In this document: positions 47,011 to 55,877 of the stretch, one piece after another
How positions within the stretch are numbered: position 1 is the first letter of the stretch
How the letters are laid out: each line of letters begins with the position of its first letter
Source of the DNA: a virus
Lineage: Duplodnaviria > Caudoviricetes
IMG/VR virus record: IMGVR_UViG_3300020050_009209
Strand: one strand, 5' to 3'
Length of the DNA: 64,000 nucleotides
Made by a program: the position numbers and the translations under genes
The notes under the pieces: model-generated
Databases searched by the model: none
The model's input: the letters and a program-made list of their open reading frames with translations, nothing else
Told to the model about the DNA's origin: nothing

Positions 47011-47277
47011 TCAGCCTTCAACTTGGCCTCGCTCGGTAAGGACCCTACTCACCTCTTCTAGAAGGAATCTCAGTACAAGATTGGACGCTGGAGGGATGAC
47101 AACTCCTCGCCTCCAACGACTTACAATAGGCCTACTTGTATCGAAGACTATTGCCGCCTGAGCGTCGTTGAGTCCTAACGCATCGCAACCTCTAGTGAAT
47201 AAGCTAGTAAACACCTCATTTGCGGACGCAGGACTTACAGCTTGTAGATCAGCTCGCAAGGCTTCCAGAGGAGTCAC
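47011..47277 (-). CDS. XRE-type HTH protein
   Basis: LGLNDAQAAIVFDTSRPIVSRWRRG..P. Confidence 0.7.
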   Translation of the reverse strand: MTPLEALRADLQAVSPASANEVFTSLFTRGCDALGLNDAQAAIVFDTSRPIVSRWRRGVVIPPASNLVLRFLLEEVSRVLTERGQVEG

Positions 47278-47573
47278 AGGCTAATGACCCCCACAATCCA
47301 ATCCCCATTGATCTCCACATGGCCGGTAGGGCAAGTACACCCGTAGGGGTGAACGAGGGGGAGATCTGATGGGTCGTCAGGGTCCACGTAGACCATGACT
47401 ACCGTTGGGTTGACTGGGTCGTCAGCACGAAAGTGACGACAAGTGCCAACAACTTGACGCTGAGTCACCCCAAACTTCAGTTGCATTCCAGCAAGGGACG
47501 ATGGGGGGTCGTTTGCTTTGAACCACCGGGCTCGAATCTTCGAGCCCTTGGTGATGTAGGGTGCTTTGCTCAT
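47274..47573 (-). CDS. hypothetical protein
   Basis: ATG 8 nt after promoter. Confidence 0.8.
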   Translation of the reverse strand: MSKAPYITKGSKIRARWFKANDPPSSLAGMQLKFGVTQRQVVGTCRHFRADDPVNPTVVMVYVDPDDPSDLPLVHPYGCTCPTGHVEINGDWIVGVISL

Positions 47574-47603
47574 ACAGACCTTACGTACCTCGTACTGAGA
47601 GCC

Positions 47604-48080
47604 TTAATCATAATCGTAGCTGGCAAACAGCCTATCTGCTGCCTCTTTTACCGAGAGGCCTTCCTCAAAGACAGTAAAGGGTTGCCCCACTGGGACTTTC
47701 TTACGCTTGACTCTCTTGTACTCTACCACATCCACGCACATAAGTACCTGAGCGAGGTCGTTTGGAGGGTCTTGGGGGGCTCCAAAAATGAACCGGGCGT
47801 TTGGGACTGGAGCGAGCATCAAGTTGGGGTGAGACTCGAACATCTTCTTTATAGCCTGGAACCTAGGTTTCAGGTCTACTTGACTATCCACCTTGAACGT
47901 CGACTTTGAGGGCTGACGGTCTTGCTCAGCTATGAGCTTCAGACAAGTCTTGCACTTCGGTACGAGGTGAGGGGCCACGTACTTAGGGTCGATGTTACGA
48001 CCACACCACATGGCGTCCTCGGTTTCAAGTAACGCATGAGCAACGAGGTGCCCCGAGACGATACCTAGAATCCACTTCAT
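47604..48080 (-). CDS. hypothetical protein with Zn-finger
   Basis: AH...WCG...CKTC; stop in promoter TTAA. Confidence 0.7.
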   Translation of the reverse strand: MKWILGIVSGHLVAHALLETEDAMWCGRNIDPKYVAPHLVPKCKTCLKLIAEQDRQPSKSTFKVDSQVDLKPRFQAIKKMFESHPNLMLAPVPNARFIFGAPQDPPNDLAQVLMCVDVVEYKRVKRKKVPVGQPFTVFEEGLSVKEAADRLFASYDYD

Positions 48081-48490
48081 TGCGGCACCTTGAGTCCTTC
48101 TACGAGGTCTTTCGCCTCTTTGAGTCCACACCCTGTGAGCGATCGAACAAGGCGAATCTTTTCAAGCTTATTGTTAAAAGTCGCAGATTTTACCCAGAGG
48201 GTGAGCAGGTCACGAAGATCCGAAAGCTTATCGGTCTCCATTCTCAACAGAACGTCAATGACCTCCTTAGGAGCCATACGTACATACACGCTCGTATCCG
48301 TGAAAGAGTTGTCGGCAAGTCCTTTACCGACCCGCCTCAGGTACTCTTTTCCACCGTCCACTGCGATGTTACCGCAAGTGCAAGTGAGGTAGTGGTGAAC
48401 ACTTACACTCTCAATCTCTGAGAGGCAAATGTGGCACTTGACCGAGTTGCGAGAAATTTTGATACTATCGTGGTCTGTGAGCATAGGCAT
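48077..48490 (-). CDS. Zn-finger domain fused to ribosomal L7/L12 C-terminal-like domain
   Basis: KCHIC..IES...H.Y.TCTCG..AVDGG plus KLEKIRLVRSLTGCGLKEAKDLVE. Confidence 0.8.
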   Translation of the reverse strand: MPMLTDHDSIKISRNSVKCHICLSEIESVSVHHYLTCTCGNIAVDGGKEYLRRVGKGLADNSFTDTSVYVRMAPKEVIDVLLRMETDKLSDLRDLLTLWVKSATFNNKLEKIRLVRSLTGCGLKEAKDLVEGLKVPQ

Positions 48491-48499
48491 AGTCTTTCT

Positions 48500-49012
48500 T
48501 TAGCCCCAAGTGAGGGCGCCAGCCCCGAGTTCATCAAGGGGCACTCTATCGAGAATAGGTTGTACGGCTTCGATGGTCTTCGTCATACCCAAGAGCCGGG
48601 ACAGGTTGTGCGGGTCCTGCCTGAGGCTTTCGTAGGCCCTTTGGACCCTAAGCCAGGGGAGTGCTCGGGTACCCCCGAGTTCGAGTCCACGGTCTACCTG
48701 GGAGAAGTAGAACATCATCCAATCCGTGACTTGTTGCACATCGCGCAAGTGCTTGGTTGTCCACACCAGAGCTACTGCAAGCCTGTGCTTACAGTGATTA
48801 CCCCGTTGGGAGTCTTCGCAGGTGCAGGTAGATCGACTTCCGTGCACATGGACGAGATAGTCTCCCTTGACCCCCTCTACAGCGTAACAGCCCCCCATGT
48901 CGTAAACCTCTCCGACAAGAGCCAGAGCGCGTTGGATACGACCCTGCAACTTTGGGTTCTTCTCCGTCCAAAGTTGAGCTAGCTCGTTCATCTGCTTCGC
49001 GGGGTTACTCAT
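48500..49012 (-). CDS. SWIM zinc-finger protein
   Basis: CTCED..RG..CKH; ATG 9 nt after promoter. Confidence 0.85.
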   Translation of the reverse strand: MSNPAKQMNELAQLWTEKNPKLQGRIQRALALVGEVYDMGGCYAVEGVKGDYLVHVHGSRSTCTCEDSQRGNHCKHRLAVALVWTTKHLRDVQQVTDWMMFYFSQVDRGLELGGTRALPWLRVQRAYESLRQDPHNLSRLLGMTKTIEAVQPILDRVPLDELGAGALTWG

Positions 49013-49043
49013 GGCAGGTACTACGTAGGTTGACGTGGAGTCT

Positions 49044-49271
49044 TTAAGGCAAAATGCACTCCTCAGCCGGATCTTCCAGAAGAGGCTCTAGCATAAATCC
49101 AGTCAAAGGGGTCCCTTTAGCTGGGTGAAACCTCTTCGCTGCTTTTTTGGCTTCGTGCTTCGTGCGGAACACAGTTGCGTTCTCGACGAACCCAGGTTTA
49201 CAACCAGAGGAGTGCACCTCTAAGTAAGAGGCAGTGCCAATGATTCGAACGAGGTACCCTACTTGGGTCAT
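49044..49271 (-). CDS. hypothetical protein
   Basis: Stop in promoter TTAA. Confidence 0.7.
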   Translation of the reverse strand: MTQVGYLVRIIGTASYLEVHSSGCKPGFVENATVFRTKHEAKKAAKRFHPAKGTPLTGFMLEPLLEDPAEECILP

Positions 49272-49477
49272 ATCGGACGGACATTCTCAGGGGCGAGTCG
49301 AAGGATCCTACCTGAGCGGTCCATCTTCACATGGACCAAGTTTTTCTTGTCCAGCTTACGAATAGTTCCGAACCGGTCCCCTCGCATCCAAGCATCCGTG
49401 CCAGGATGTAACTCAACCCTCTGAGGGGGGAGAGTCTCTACTACAGGATCACTTGCCATGAATTCGTCCTCATTCAA
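49268..49477 (-). CDS. SH3/KOW-like small protein
   Basis: RVELHPGTDAWMRGDRFGTI...VKMD. Confidence 0.75.
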   Translation of the reverse strand: MNEDEFMASDPVVETLPPQRVELHPGTDAWMRGDRFGTIRKLDKKNLVHVKMDRSGRILRLAPENVRPI

Positions 49478-49842
49478 GGATAGGCTTTACACTGGGATGG
49501 GAGCAAGCGTACCTGCTGCTCACGTCGCACTTGGTTCCCATCATGACTGCGCAAGATGGTCACACACAGGGATGCCCCGAGTTCGATGTACGGGCGCTCA
49601 CTAAGGGGGACGGCTGAGAGGGGCATGGTTGCGATAGCTTCCTCCCCCTTAGATGAGACCGTTCGGAGTCGAAGCTCGACACCCTCGATAGCTTCGATGT
49701 AACACTCGAAGCACTCCTCAACCACCTCAGTGCTTGGGGTCTTAGCTACCGCTTCTCGCAGTTCACTGATACGCTCGCCACCCTTGCGATGACTCCGACC
49801 CCGCCAAGCCGTTCGCTCAGGGTTGTGCTTAGTTCTCTTCAT
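49474..49842 (-). CDS. hypothetical protein
   Basis: ATG 9 nt after promoter. Confidence 0.8.
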   Translation of the reverse strand: MKRTKHNPERTAWRGRSHRKGGERISELREAVAKTPSTEVVEECFECYIEAIEGVELRLRTVSSKGEEAIATMPLSAVPLSERPYIELGASLCVTILRSHDGNQVRREQQVRLLPSQCKAYP

Positions 49843-49878
49843 GTGAAGTCCTACGTAGTGGAGTTGTGAGGGTTTAAC

Positions 49879-50124
49879 CTACCGTTTCACTAGAGTGCCA
49901 GGTCGGACCTGCAACGCATTGATACAAGCGTCATCTCGCCTTACGTCGGGTCCCTTCACCCACAGAACTTGGCTAAACAAGTCGCAGCGAGTTCTTGCCT
50001 CCGAGAGATTTTGAGTGTTCGGGGCTACATTTCGTTGTAGGTAGGTGCACGCTGACCCACAGTGAGTAGGCTCGAAACCAACTTCAATTTCCCTCTCTAC
50101 CCAAATCTTCAAAGTCTCTTTCAA
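49879..50124 (-). CDS. hypothetical Cys-containing protein
   Basis: Coupled to upstream gene. Confidence 0.65.
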   Translation of the reverse strand: MKETLKIWVEREIEVGFEPTHCGSACTYLQRNVAPNTQNLSEARTRCDLFSQVLWVKGPDVRRDDACINALQVRPGTLVKR

Positions 50125-50324
50125 TTTCGACCTCGATTTCCACCTAGCGAGTCTCCACAGTCGAGGCAGGTTGCTCCACCATGGAACATTGGCTTCTGGT
50201 TCAGGTGCTTACAGTTTGCGTCTGCCACCAGGGGTAGGTCATCCAGTCGAATTCCTCGTGGCTTCGAAGGCAAGCTGTTGAGGTCACGAACGCCCTGCCG
50301 AGTTACTTTGCTTTTCTTGCTCAT
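50121..50324 (-). CDS. hypothetical protein
   Basis: ATG 50324; CKH...CLDC. Confidence 0.6.
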   Translation of the reverse strand: MSKKSKVTRQGVRDLNSLPSKPRGIRLDDLPLVADANCKHLNQKPMFHGGATCLDCGDSLGGNRGRN

Positions 50325-50332
50325 TGTCTTCT

Positions 50333-50689
50333 CTATGCAGCCATCAGGCTTTTGATTTGCTCCCGAGTGGGGTCCTCTACTACTACACCCCATTCCCAAC
50401 TGTGAAGGTAATTTCCGCAGTTGCCAGCGCAAGTAGTGTCGACCATCGCAGTGGCCTGAGCATCTTCTTCCGTTTCACCTTCAGCAATGGCCTCCAAGTA
50501 GGCCTCCTGTACCTGGTCGTCACACAGGAGACCAGGGGCGTTATCTACAATCCAGTCTACGGCGATATCCAAAGCCGTGTCCAGACTGTCCCCCCAGATC
50601 ATAAGCTGAGTGTCCCTGTAAGCCCCGAACCACAGGACATACCGGTGCTTTACCCAGGATCGATCCGTACCATTTACAATGTGAATCAT
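50333..50689 (-). CDS. acidic hypothetical protein
   Basis: - block. Confidence 0.75.
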   Translation of the reverse strand: MIHIVNGTDRSWVKHRYVLWFGAYRDTQLMIWGDSLDTALDIAVDWIVDNAPGLLCDDQVQEAYLEAIAEGETEEDAQATAMVDTTCAGNCGNYLHSWEWGVVVEDPTREQIKSLMAA

Positions 50690-50699
50690 GCTTCAGGTC

Positions 50700-50918
50700 T
50701 CAAGTGTGAAGAGGAGGGGAAATCCGATTGACGTGGTCGTAGAAGGATGGACCCCTACGACGTCCCTTCCCCGCAGTAAACGTGCGAATCCAAGCCCAAG
50801 CTTCCCTGGTGCAGGGGCCGCATACAATGAACGTAGGGCTGTAAACACAGCCAGTTGCAGGGTGGGCATGACCCTCACAGGTGCGGCAACGATGACTTAC
50901 AAACTCTGGGTTGTCCAC
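50700..50918 (-). CDS. hypothetical Zn-finger protein
   Basis: CRTC..HPATG...CGPC. Confidence 0.65.
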   Translation of the reverse strand: MDNPEFVSHRCRTCEGHAHPATGCVYSPTFIVCGPCTREAWAWIRTFTAGKGRRRGPSFYDHVNRISPPLHT

Positions 50919-50958
50919 TTTAGTCTCCCACTTGTCTCGGTATCTGGAGTACCACCTC

Positions 50959-51117
50959 TTAACGAAAAGAGGGTGCAGAGTACCACACGGTGAGGTACCC
51001 GTTTACGAACTCTCGGTACGACTTCGTAGCCTCAGCCATCTCAAGGAAGAGATCGGCTTCCTCGTCGCTATCGAACACCTTCTTGAAGTCGTAGTGCTCG
51101 CCATCGATCTTGTACAT
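50959..51117 (-). CDS. 52-aa microprotein (MYKIDGEHYDF...)
   Basis: Not in ORF track; ATG 8 nt after promoter. Confidence 0.75.
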   Translation of the reverse strand: MYKIDGEHYDFKKVFDSDEEADLFLEMAEATKSYREFVNGYLTVWYSAPSFR

Positions 51118-51159
51118 ACCTACCTTACGGATGGGACACTCAAACCCTTAACGAAAAAG

Positions 51160-51188
51160 AGGGGCAGGGTGTTACTAACCCTGCCCCT
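51160..51188 (-). terminator. intrinsic terminator
   Basis: aggggcagggt...accctgcccct with T-run on - strand. Confidence 0.8.
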
Positions 51189-51315
51189 TAAGATTTTCCA
51201 GGTAGTTACTTGCCTTACCCAACTGGGTCCGGTCTTTCTCCGGATGGCATCATACAGTGCTCCTCGTGTTGTTACCTTTCGGGATACTTTTAGCTTACTT
51301 ACATCTCAGCTCAAG

Positions 51316-51618
51316 TCAAGTGGATTTTGCCTCTTTTGGGGCGATGTTCGCATTGTTGACTGCCTCTTGTACGATAGCGTCAGCAGCGTCCATGATACCA
51401 ATTCCAGTTGACCAGTGCATGGGTACTGCACGTTTACCGAGTTGCTTGCAAATCCAAAACTGAAGCTCAAGACCTTGCGTTTCGTGGAGTTCAGAGGTTG
51501 AGTAGGTTCCACGAGGAAGCAACTTCAGGGGTGGGCGTTTACCTACCATGGTGGCAATCGCATCCCCACATGGGTCCTTGATGCCCTCGAAGTAGTAGTG
51601 ATGTGTTCGCACAATCAA
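51316..51618 (-). CDS. hypothetical protein
   Basis: - block, coupled. Confidence 0.65.
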   Translation of the reverse strand: MIVRTHHYYFEGIKDPCGDAIATMVGKRPPLKLLPRGTYSTSELHETQGLELQFWICKQLGKRAVPMHWSTGIGIMDAADAIVQEAVNNANIAPKEAKST

Positions 51619-51851
51619 CCCCCTCCCAACTTTAGGTGAGTCTTAGCCAGCAACTTTGCCTGGATTCGGGTCTTCCCTTCACTGGTACTAATCTGAATCC
51701 AAGCAGGTTTTCCTGGGATGGCCCAGAACCACAGGTGAGATAGAAGGCTCCACCAGGACTTTGCATGAGTAAGCCAAACGCCACCCTTCGCATCAATCAC
51801 AATCATGCCGTGGAGGGCGTAGGCTTTAGCTCGAATGATTTCGACTGTCAT
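51615..51851 (-). CDS. hypothetical protein
   Basis: ATGA coupling with ligase. Confidence 0.7.
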   Translation of the reverse strand: MTVEIIRAKAYALHGMIVIDAKGGVWLTHAKSWWSLLSHLWFWAIPGKPAWIQISTSEGKTRIQAKLLAKTHLKLGGG

Positions 51852-52549
51852 GACTCCTCAAGAAACTTTGACCATCGGTCATATAGCTTATTCTTGACAA
51901 TTTCTTGGTGGGACCAGTGATCGCTTGTAGTGACGTGATCTTTTCGAACCCATTTGGCGACTGAGGTGGAGAACTCCGAGTCTTCAAAGGATTCAGCAAC
52001 CCGAACCACTACTCCCTCACGGACTCCCCCTAAAGCCGAGGGAGCTGTAGTAAACCTATCGGTAACCTCCTTGAGTTGACTCTCGGTTGTAACTGAGAAC
52101 CTACCTAGTAGCGGAACCGTAGCTACTTCGAGTTGCTCTGCCCAATCCTCAACCAACTCCCAAGACTCCCAGCGAAGGGTAATTCCCTCAAGAGCCCCCT
52201 CAAGATCTCGCACTCGCACCCCAAAAAGTAGTAAGTAGCTTGGGAGGCTTGTGTACTCGATGCTATGCTTTGCGTAGCACCACTCCCCAAAGATCTGGAT
52301 CCCCTCAGGAATACCAGACCTCACTTGAGCGTGCAGCGCCTTCAAAGCATCAAAGCTTGGGTGCTTTGGAGCCTTAGCGTGGCTCCGTGCGTACACTGCG
52401 TCATGCTCAAGGCAGACGTTAGAGCCGTCCACTTTCTCAGTGACGATGATCTCTCGGTTGAGCAACCCATCAAGGGTTACGATCCTCTTGTCATCGTTAG
52501 TCCCACCAGGAGACCAGGTGAGATGGGGAGTTCTGTTGTACTTGTCCAT
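51848..52549 (-). CDS. ATP-dependent RNA ligase family protein
   Basis: KY.RTPHL, motif I TEKVDG, GEW, EGVV, AKWV. Confidence 0.88.
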   Translation of the reverse strand: MDKYNRTPHLTWSPGGTNDDKRIVTLDGLLNREIIVTEKVDGSNVCLEHDAVYARSHAKAPKHPSFDALKALHAQVRSGIPEGIQIFGEWCYAKHSIEYTSLPSYLLLFGVRVRDLEGALEGITLRWESWELVEDWAEQLEVATVPLLGRFSVTTESQLKEVTDRFTTAPSALGGVREGVVVRVAESFEDSEFSTSVAKWVRKDHVTTSDHWSHQEIVKNKLYDRWSKFLEES

Positions 52550-52618
52550 AACACTGGCCTTTCTTACTGGTACTTACGAAAAGCCAGTGCTTAGACTTAA
52601 CTACTTTCTACCGCTCTG

Positions 52619-53236
52619 TCACGGAAAGAGAGGTCTCACATCAAGAAGGGGCTCTTCCTCCGCCACCTTTACGTCATCCTTAGGGTCTTCCTCCGTCTTC
52701 ACGTCAGCCTCAGGAGTCTCGGCAACCGTCAGACCCTTTTGCGTAAGACGCCACCTACCCACTCCAAAATTCTGCAAAACCCCCCTATTGCGTAGAGTGG
52801 TAATGAACCCTCGAAGCTTAGGTAAACGAAGGGGGTCAGATGGGCCGTAAACGATGGAGGCAATCTCGCCTACGCTTGCCCCTGGGTTGTCTCGAAAGGC
52901 TGTGACAATCGACTTTACGACAATACCTCTAGGGCTGTAAGGTTGGGTGCTCGTGTTCACCCTAAGCCTCTTTTTAGAGGGCTTCTTCCCTTGAGAATCC
53001 CCCTTGGGGGCCTTGAAAGTCTCTTCTTGTGTGCTTGAGCTACTGGTACCTTGCTGCTTAAATGCAGCAATAGCCGCAGCTAGGATTGGAGGGGTTTTTA
53101 GAGCCCCACATCCGGCAATCATAGCAATGACCTCCGCATCCTCTAGAGTCAGGAACGGGTGGAACCTACTTACAAGTGACTCTAAGTAAGTCACAACATA
53201 GGTAGGTAGGTTTCTCTTCGCTTGGTCTTTCTTCAT
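52619..53236 (-). CDS. putative winged-HTH DNA-binding protein
   Basis: NPGASVGEIA...LRNRGVL...GRWRLT. Confidence 0.65.
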   Translation of the reverse strand: MKKDQAKRNLPTYVVTYLESLVSRFHPFLTLEDAEVIAMIAGCGALKTPPILAAAIAAFKQQGTSSSSTQEETFKAPKGDSQGKKPSKKRLRVNTSTQPYSPRGIVVKSIVTAFRDNPGASVGEIASIVYGPSDPLRLPKLRGFITTLRNRGVLQNFGVGRWRLTQKGLTVAETPEADVKTEEDPKDDVKVAEEEPLLDVRPLFP

Positions 53237-53289
53237 TTGATCCTTCTTTCCACTAGGGAGTTAGTGTAAGGTACACCTACACCAACTCC

Positions 53290-53604
53290 CTAGCTAGCCC
53301 AGAACTTTTCAGCCATTCTCATGGCTCTTTGGATGTTTGCCAAACCCACCGGGTTTGCCGAATGCACCCTCCACGTCATTGAACGTAGAGTCCCAAAGTA
53401 AGCTCTCTTCTCGATAAACTGAGCTACCAGGTATCCTGTACCCGAGGTGCTCCCGAGGTCATGATCAAAGTCAATCTCGGTAACCTCACCTCTCGCCAGA
53501 ATTCGACAAGCCTCCATAGCAGAGGAGACTCCCACCCAACCCTGAGGCGGGTGCCGGTCAGGGGTAGACGGGTCGTCAATTTGGTCGTCAAGCCACAGTT
53601 TCAT
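53290..53604 (-). CDS. cyclic-phosphate processing receiver domain protein
   Basis: KLWLDD, DFDHDLG, TGY, HSANPVG. Confidence 0.88.
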   Translation of the reverse strand: MKLWLDDQIDDPSTPDRHPPQGWVGVSSAMEACRILARGEVTEIDFDHDLGSTSGTGYLVAQFIEKRAYFGTLRSMTWRVHSANPVGLANIQRAMRMAEKFWAS

Positions 53605-53605
53605 G

Positions 53606-53827
53606 TTATCTACTACGTAACTTCGCCTGCCACGCTAAAGCAAGACGTACAAGTTTCCTAGCGGTTCGTAGGTCTATCTCTCTTCCAAGTACACGAATCC
53701 TACGGGATGGGCTGCTAGGTATTTCGTACACGGTGTACCGAAACTTCTTCCCAGCTGCCTCATCCGGTACAATTAGGTAGTGCTTCCCGTAGTACCCAAC
53801 TCGCGACTTGGTCTCAAGAACTGCCAC
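53606..53827 (-). CDS. hypothetical protein
   Basis: GGAGG RBS. Confidence 0.65.
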   Translation of the reverse strand: MAVLETKSRVGYYGKHYLIVPDEAAGKKFRYTVYEIPSSPSRRIRVLGREIDLRTARKLVRLALAWQAKLRSR

Positions 53828-53841
53828 TTACGCCTCCACGG

Positions 53842-54279
53842 TCACAGACAGAAACGATCGGAGAAGATGGTTTTGGTAATCCGATCAGCGGAGCGACAGA
53901 CGCGACACTTATCCGACACCAGTTCGATGTATCGAGTATTGTACCAGTCACGATTTGCTAGGTAAGCGTCCAAAGCTTTTCGCACTGGAAGCGGAACGAT
54001 CATGACGTCAAAGTCACTAATGTCTAGGTCCTTAAGGGCCTCCAAGACCGGGTCACTCATCTTAAAAGAGAGTTGAATGTCGGTCCAACGACCACACTTT
54101 GAGGGTACCTCTACCTCCTCGGTCTCCAACATGAGGGCGTTCGACCTCTCGGGGGAACAAGCCGCAAGAACCTCCCCCGTGTTAAAGGAAAACGTGTGAG
54201 GGGACGAGAAGTTTCCTACTCGGAGGTCATTCTTCAGGGTGACAATGGGGATGCCCAGAGTGATACTAGGGGTGCTCAT
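53842..54279 (-). CDS. hypothetical protein
   Basis: ATG 54279 is 9 nt after promoter; NFSSPH.F.F. Confidence 0.8.
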   Translation of the reverse strand: MSTPSITLGIPIVTLKNDLRVGNFSSPHTFSFNTGEVLAACSPERSNALMLETEEVEVPSKCGRWTDIQLSFKMSDPVLEALKDLDISDFDVMIVPLPVRKALDAYLANRDWYNTRYIELVSDKCRVCRSADRITKTIFSDRFCL

Positions 54280-54334
54280 GCTCATGCCTACGGATTCTTG
54301 CAGGTGGGGCTTAATGTAAAAGCTGGCGTGTCAA

Positions 54335-55099
54335 TCACTTCAGCTTACGGTAACGGCTCATACGACTCAGTTTGATTGTCCGGTGGTCGGAGGTGTGAAC
54401 CTCTTCGTCCTTGAGATTTACCGAACGTACCGTAAAGTAGTTGGCACGTCTACGATCTTTGGAGATCCAAACCTCCCCAAACTTCGGGATAGGGTTGGAA
54501 TCATCAGTCAAGCTTGCTGCTTGAACCGGAAAGTTCGAGTCCTGGACTCTCCCTACTGTGTTATCCTCCTCAGTGAGACCAAGGGTGTAGGCCCCAACGG
54601 TGGGGGGAGTGAACCCGGCGCCTTCTGTTCGCATAGTCCGACTTTTGCGGCTGTCTGCGTCACTGAGGATGTGCTCCCAGCAACGAAAGCCGATCTTGCC
54701 ACCTACGATGTCGTCTACTGGGGCATCCGGCTCGACCGCTGTAGTCGCATCGTCGTATACAAGAAACCCCTTGTCAGTGGTGGCCGTTGAGTCAGTGATC
54801 GTACATACGTCCAAGTCATTGCGGGAGGTGGAGCAAAAGCCTCTACGAGGCTCAACAGGAAGCCGAGGGAGCCACGGCGTGCGCCTGTGGACCCCAGTGA
54901 ATTCCCTCACGTCCTCTTCAAGGGGGCCACCTACGAGCTGCTCCAAGCTAGCTCGTTTCTTTGCCATGATAGCCTCATCTGATGCACGAGCGTTTCGCCA
55001 TTCGGTAGGGTCTTCCCCAGCCAACCAAGCAGCGTAAGCCCCCGCTGCACAAGCCCACTCCATTAGAGTGAGCCCCTCAGAATTTTTCTTATTGCGCAT
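54335..55099 (-). CDS. hypothetical protein with C-terminal domain shared with 42885-43646
   Basis: GEVWISKDRRR; GGTGTA 9 nt upstream of ATG. Confidence 0.75.
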   Translation of the reverse strand: MRNKKNSEGLTLMEWACAAGAYAAWLAGEDPTEWRNARASDEAIMAKKRASLEQLVGGPLEEDVREFTGVHRRTPWLPRLPVEPRRGFCSTSRNDLDVCTITDSTATTDKGFLVYDDATTAVEPDAPVDDIVGGKIGFRCWEHILSDADSRKSRTMRTEGAGFTPPTVGAYTLGLTEEDNTVGRVQDSNFPVQAASLTDDSNPIPKFGEVWISKDRRRANYFTVRSVNLKDEEVHTSDHRTIKLSRMSRYRKLK

Positions 55100-55113
55100 A
55101 CCTAGTACTACAC

Positions 55114-55842
55114 CTACCAGCGACTACGCTGCTGCTTTTTGGTTTTCACTACGGGGCCTTTACCCTGAATCCAAGCATCAAGGTCTGCCACGGTGCAGAT
55201 CATCGAGTTGTAAATGTCTTGCTGCTGGGGGTTGAGCAAGAATTGCACGGTACCGTCCTTCGCAAGTTTCGGAGACAAGGCAAAGTACTTCAGTCCAGCG
55301 GCTTTGATGCGGTCAGCAATCCCAGTTGCTTCTGCGGCCTTAAGGAGAGCCTTTCGATCCTCATGCGCTTTTTTCCAAGCTTGCTTGACTTCAGTAGGGA
55401 GGTTCGATGCTACTCCGATGCACAACCCTGCGTTATCGAAGACTCCACCACCCCCAAGCCAAATGACAGCGTCGTTTGCCTTGATTGCCTCGTAGATCAC
55501 AAGGAGTCTCTTGATGACCTTCGGGTCCTCACTGAAGATCCCAAAGGAACACTCATCCCATGCGCCCCAGGTAACCGTCCCCTTCATAGGTGTAGGGGGT
55601 TTTTGACCGCTCCAAGTTGGGAGGAAGATGCCCTGAAACCCCTCCCCCTTGAACCAGGTGAGTGCGGCTGGTACGGTACGTGTAAGCCGAGACGTTACGC
55701 CATCCCCATCATCATCGCATTCGAAGTAACGTCTCAGCGGTTTGATGCCCCACTCGTGCTCAGCACACAGTTCCGATCCAAGGCTTACTGCGACAACCTT
55801 GGACCCACGAATCACTACTTCTGCGTTTCGTCCGATTCTCAT
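55114..55842 (-). CDS. hypothetical protein
   Basis: ATG 55842 is 9 nt after promoter; CAEHEWGI, YFALSP, LNP..Q..YN. Confidence 0.85.
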   Translation of the reverse strand: MRIGRNAEVVIRGSKVVAVSLGSELCAEHEWGIKPLRRYFECDDDGDGVTSRLTRTVPAALTWFKGEGFQGIFLPTWSGQKPPTPMKGTVTWGAWDECSFGIFSEDPKVIKRLLVIYEAIKANDAVIWLGGGGVFDNAGLCIGVASNLPTEVKQAWKKAHEDRKALLKAAEATGIADRIKAAGLKYFALSPKLAKDGTVQFLLNPQQQDIYNSMICTVADLDAWIQGKGPVVKTKKQQRSRW

Positions 55843-55877
55843 GTTTAACCCTACGAAAGTAGAGAGAGTACGCTTAA

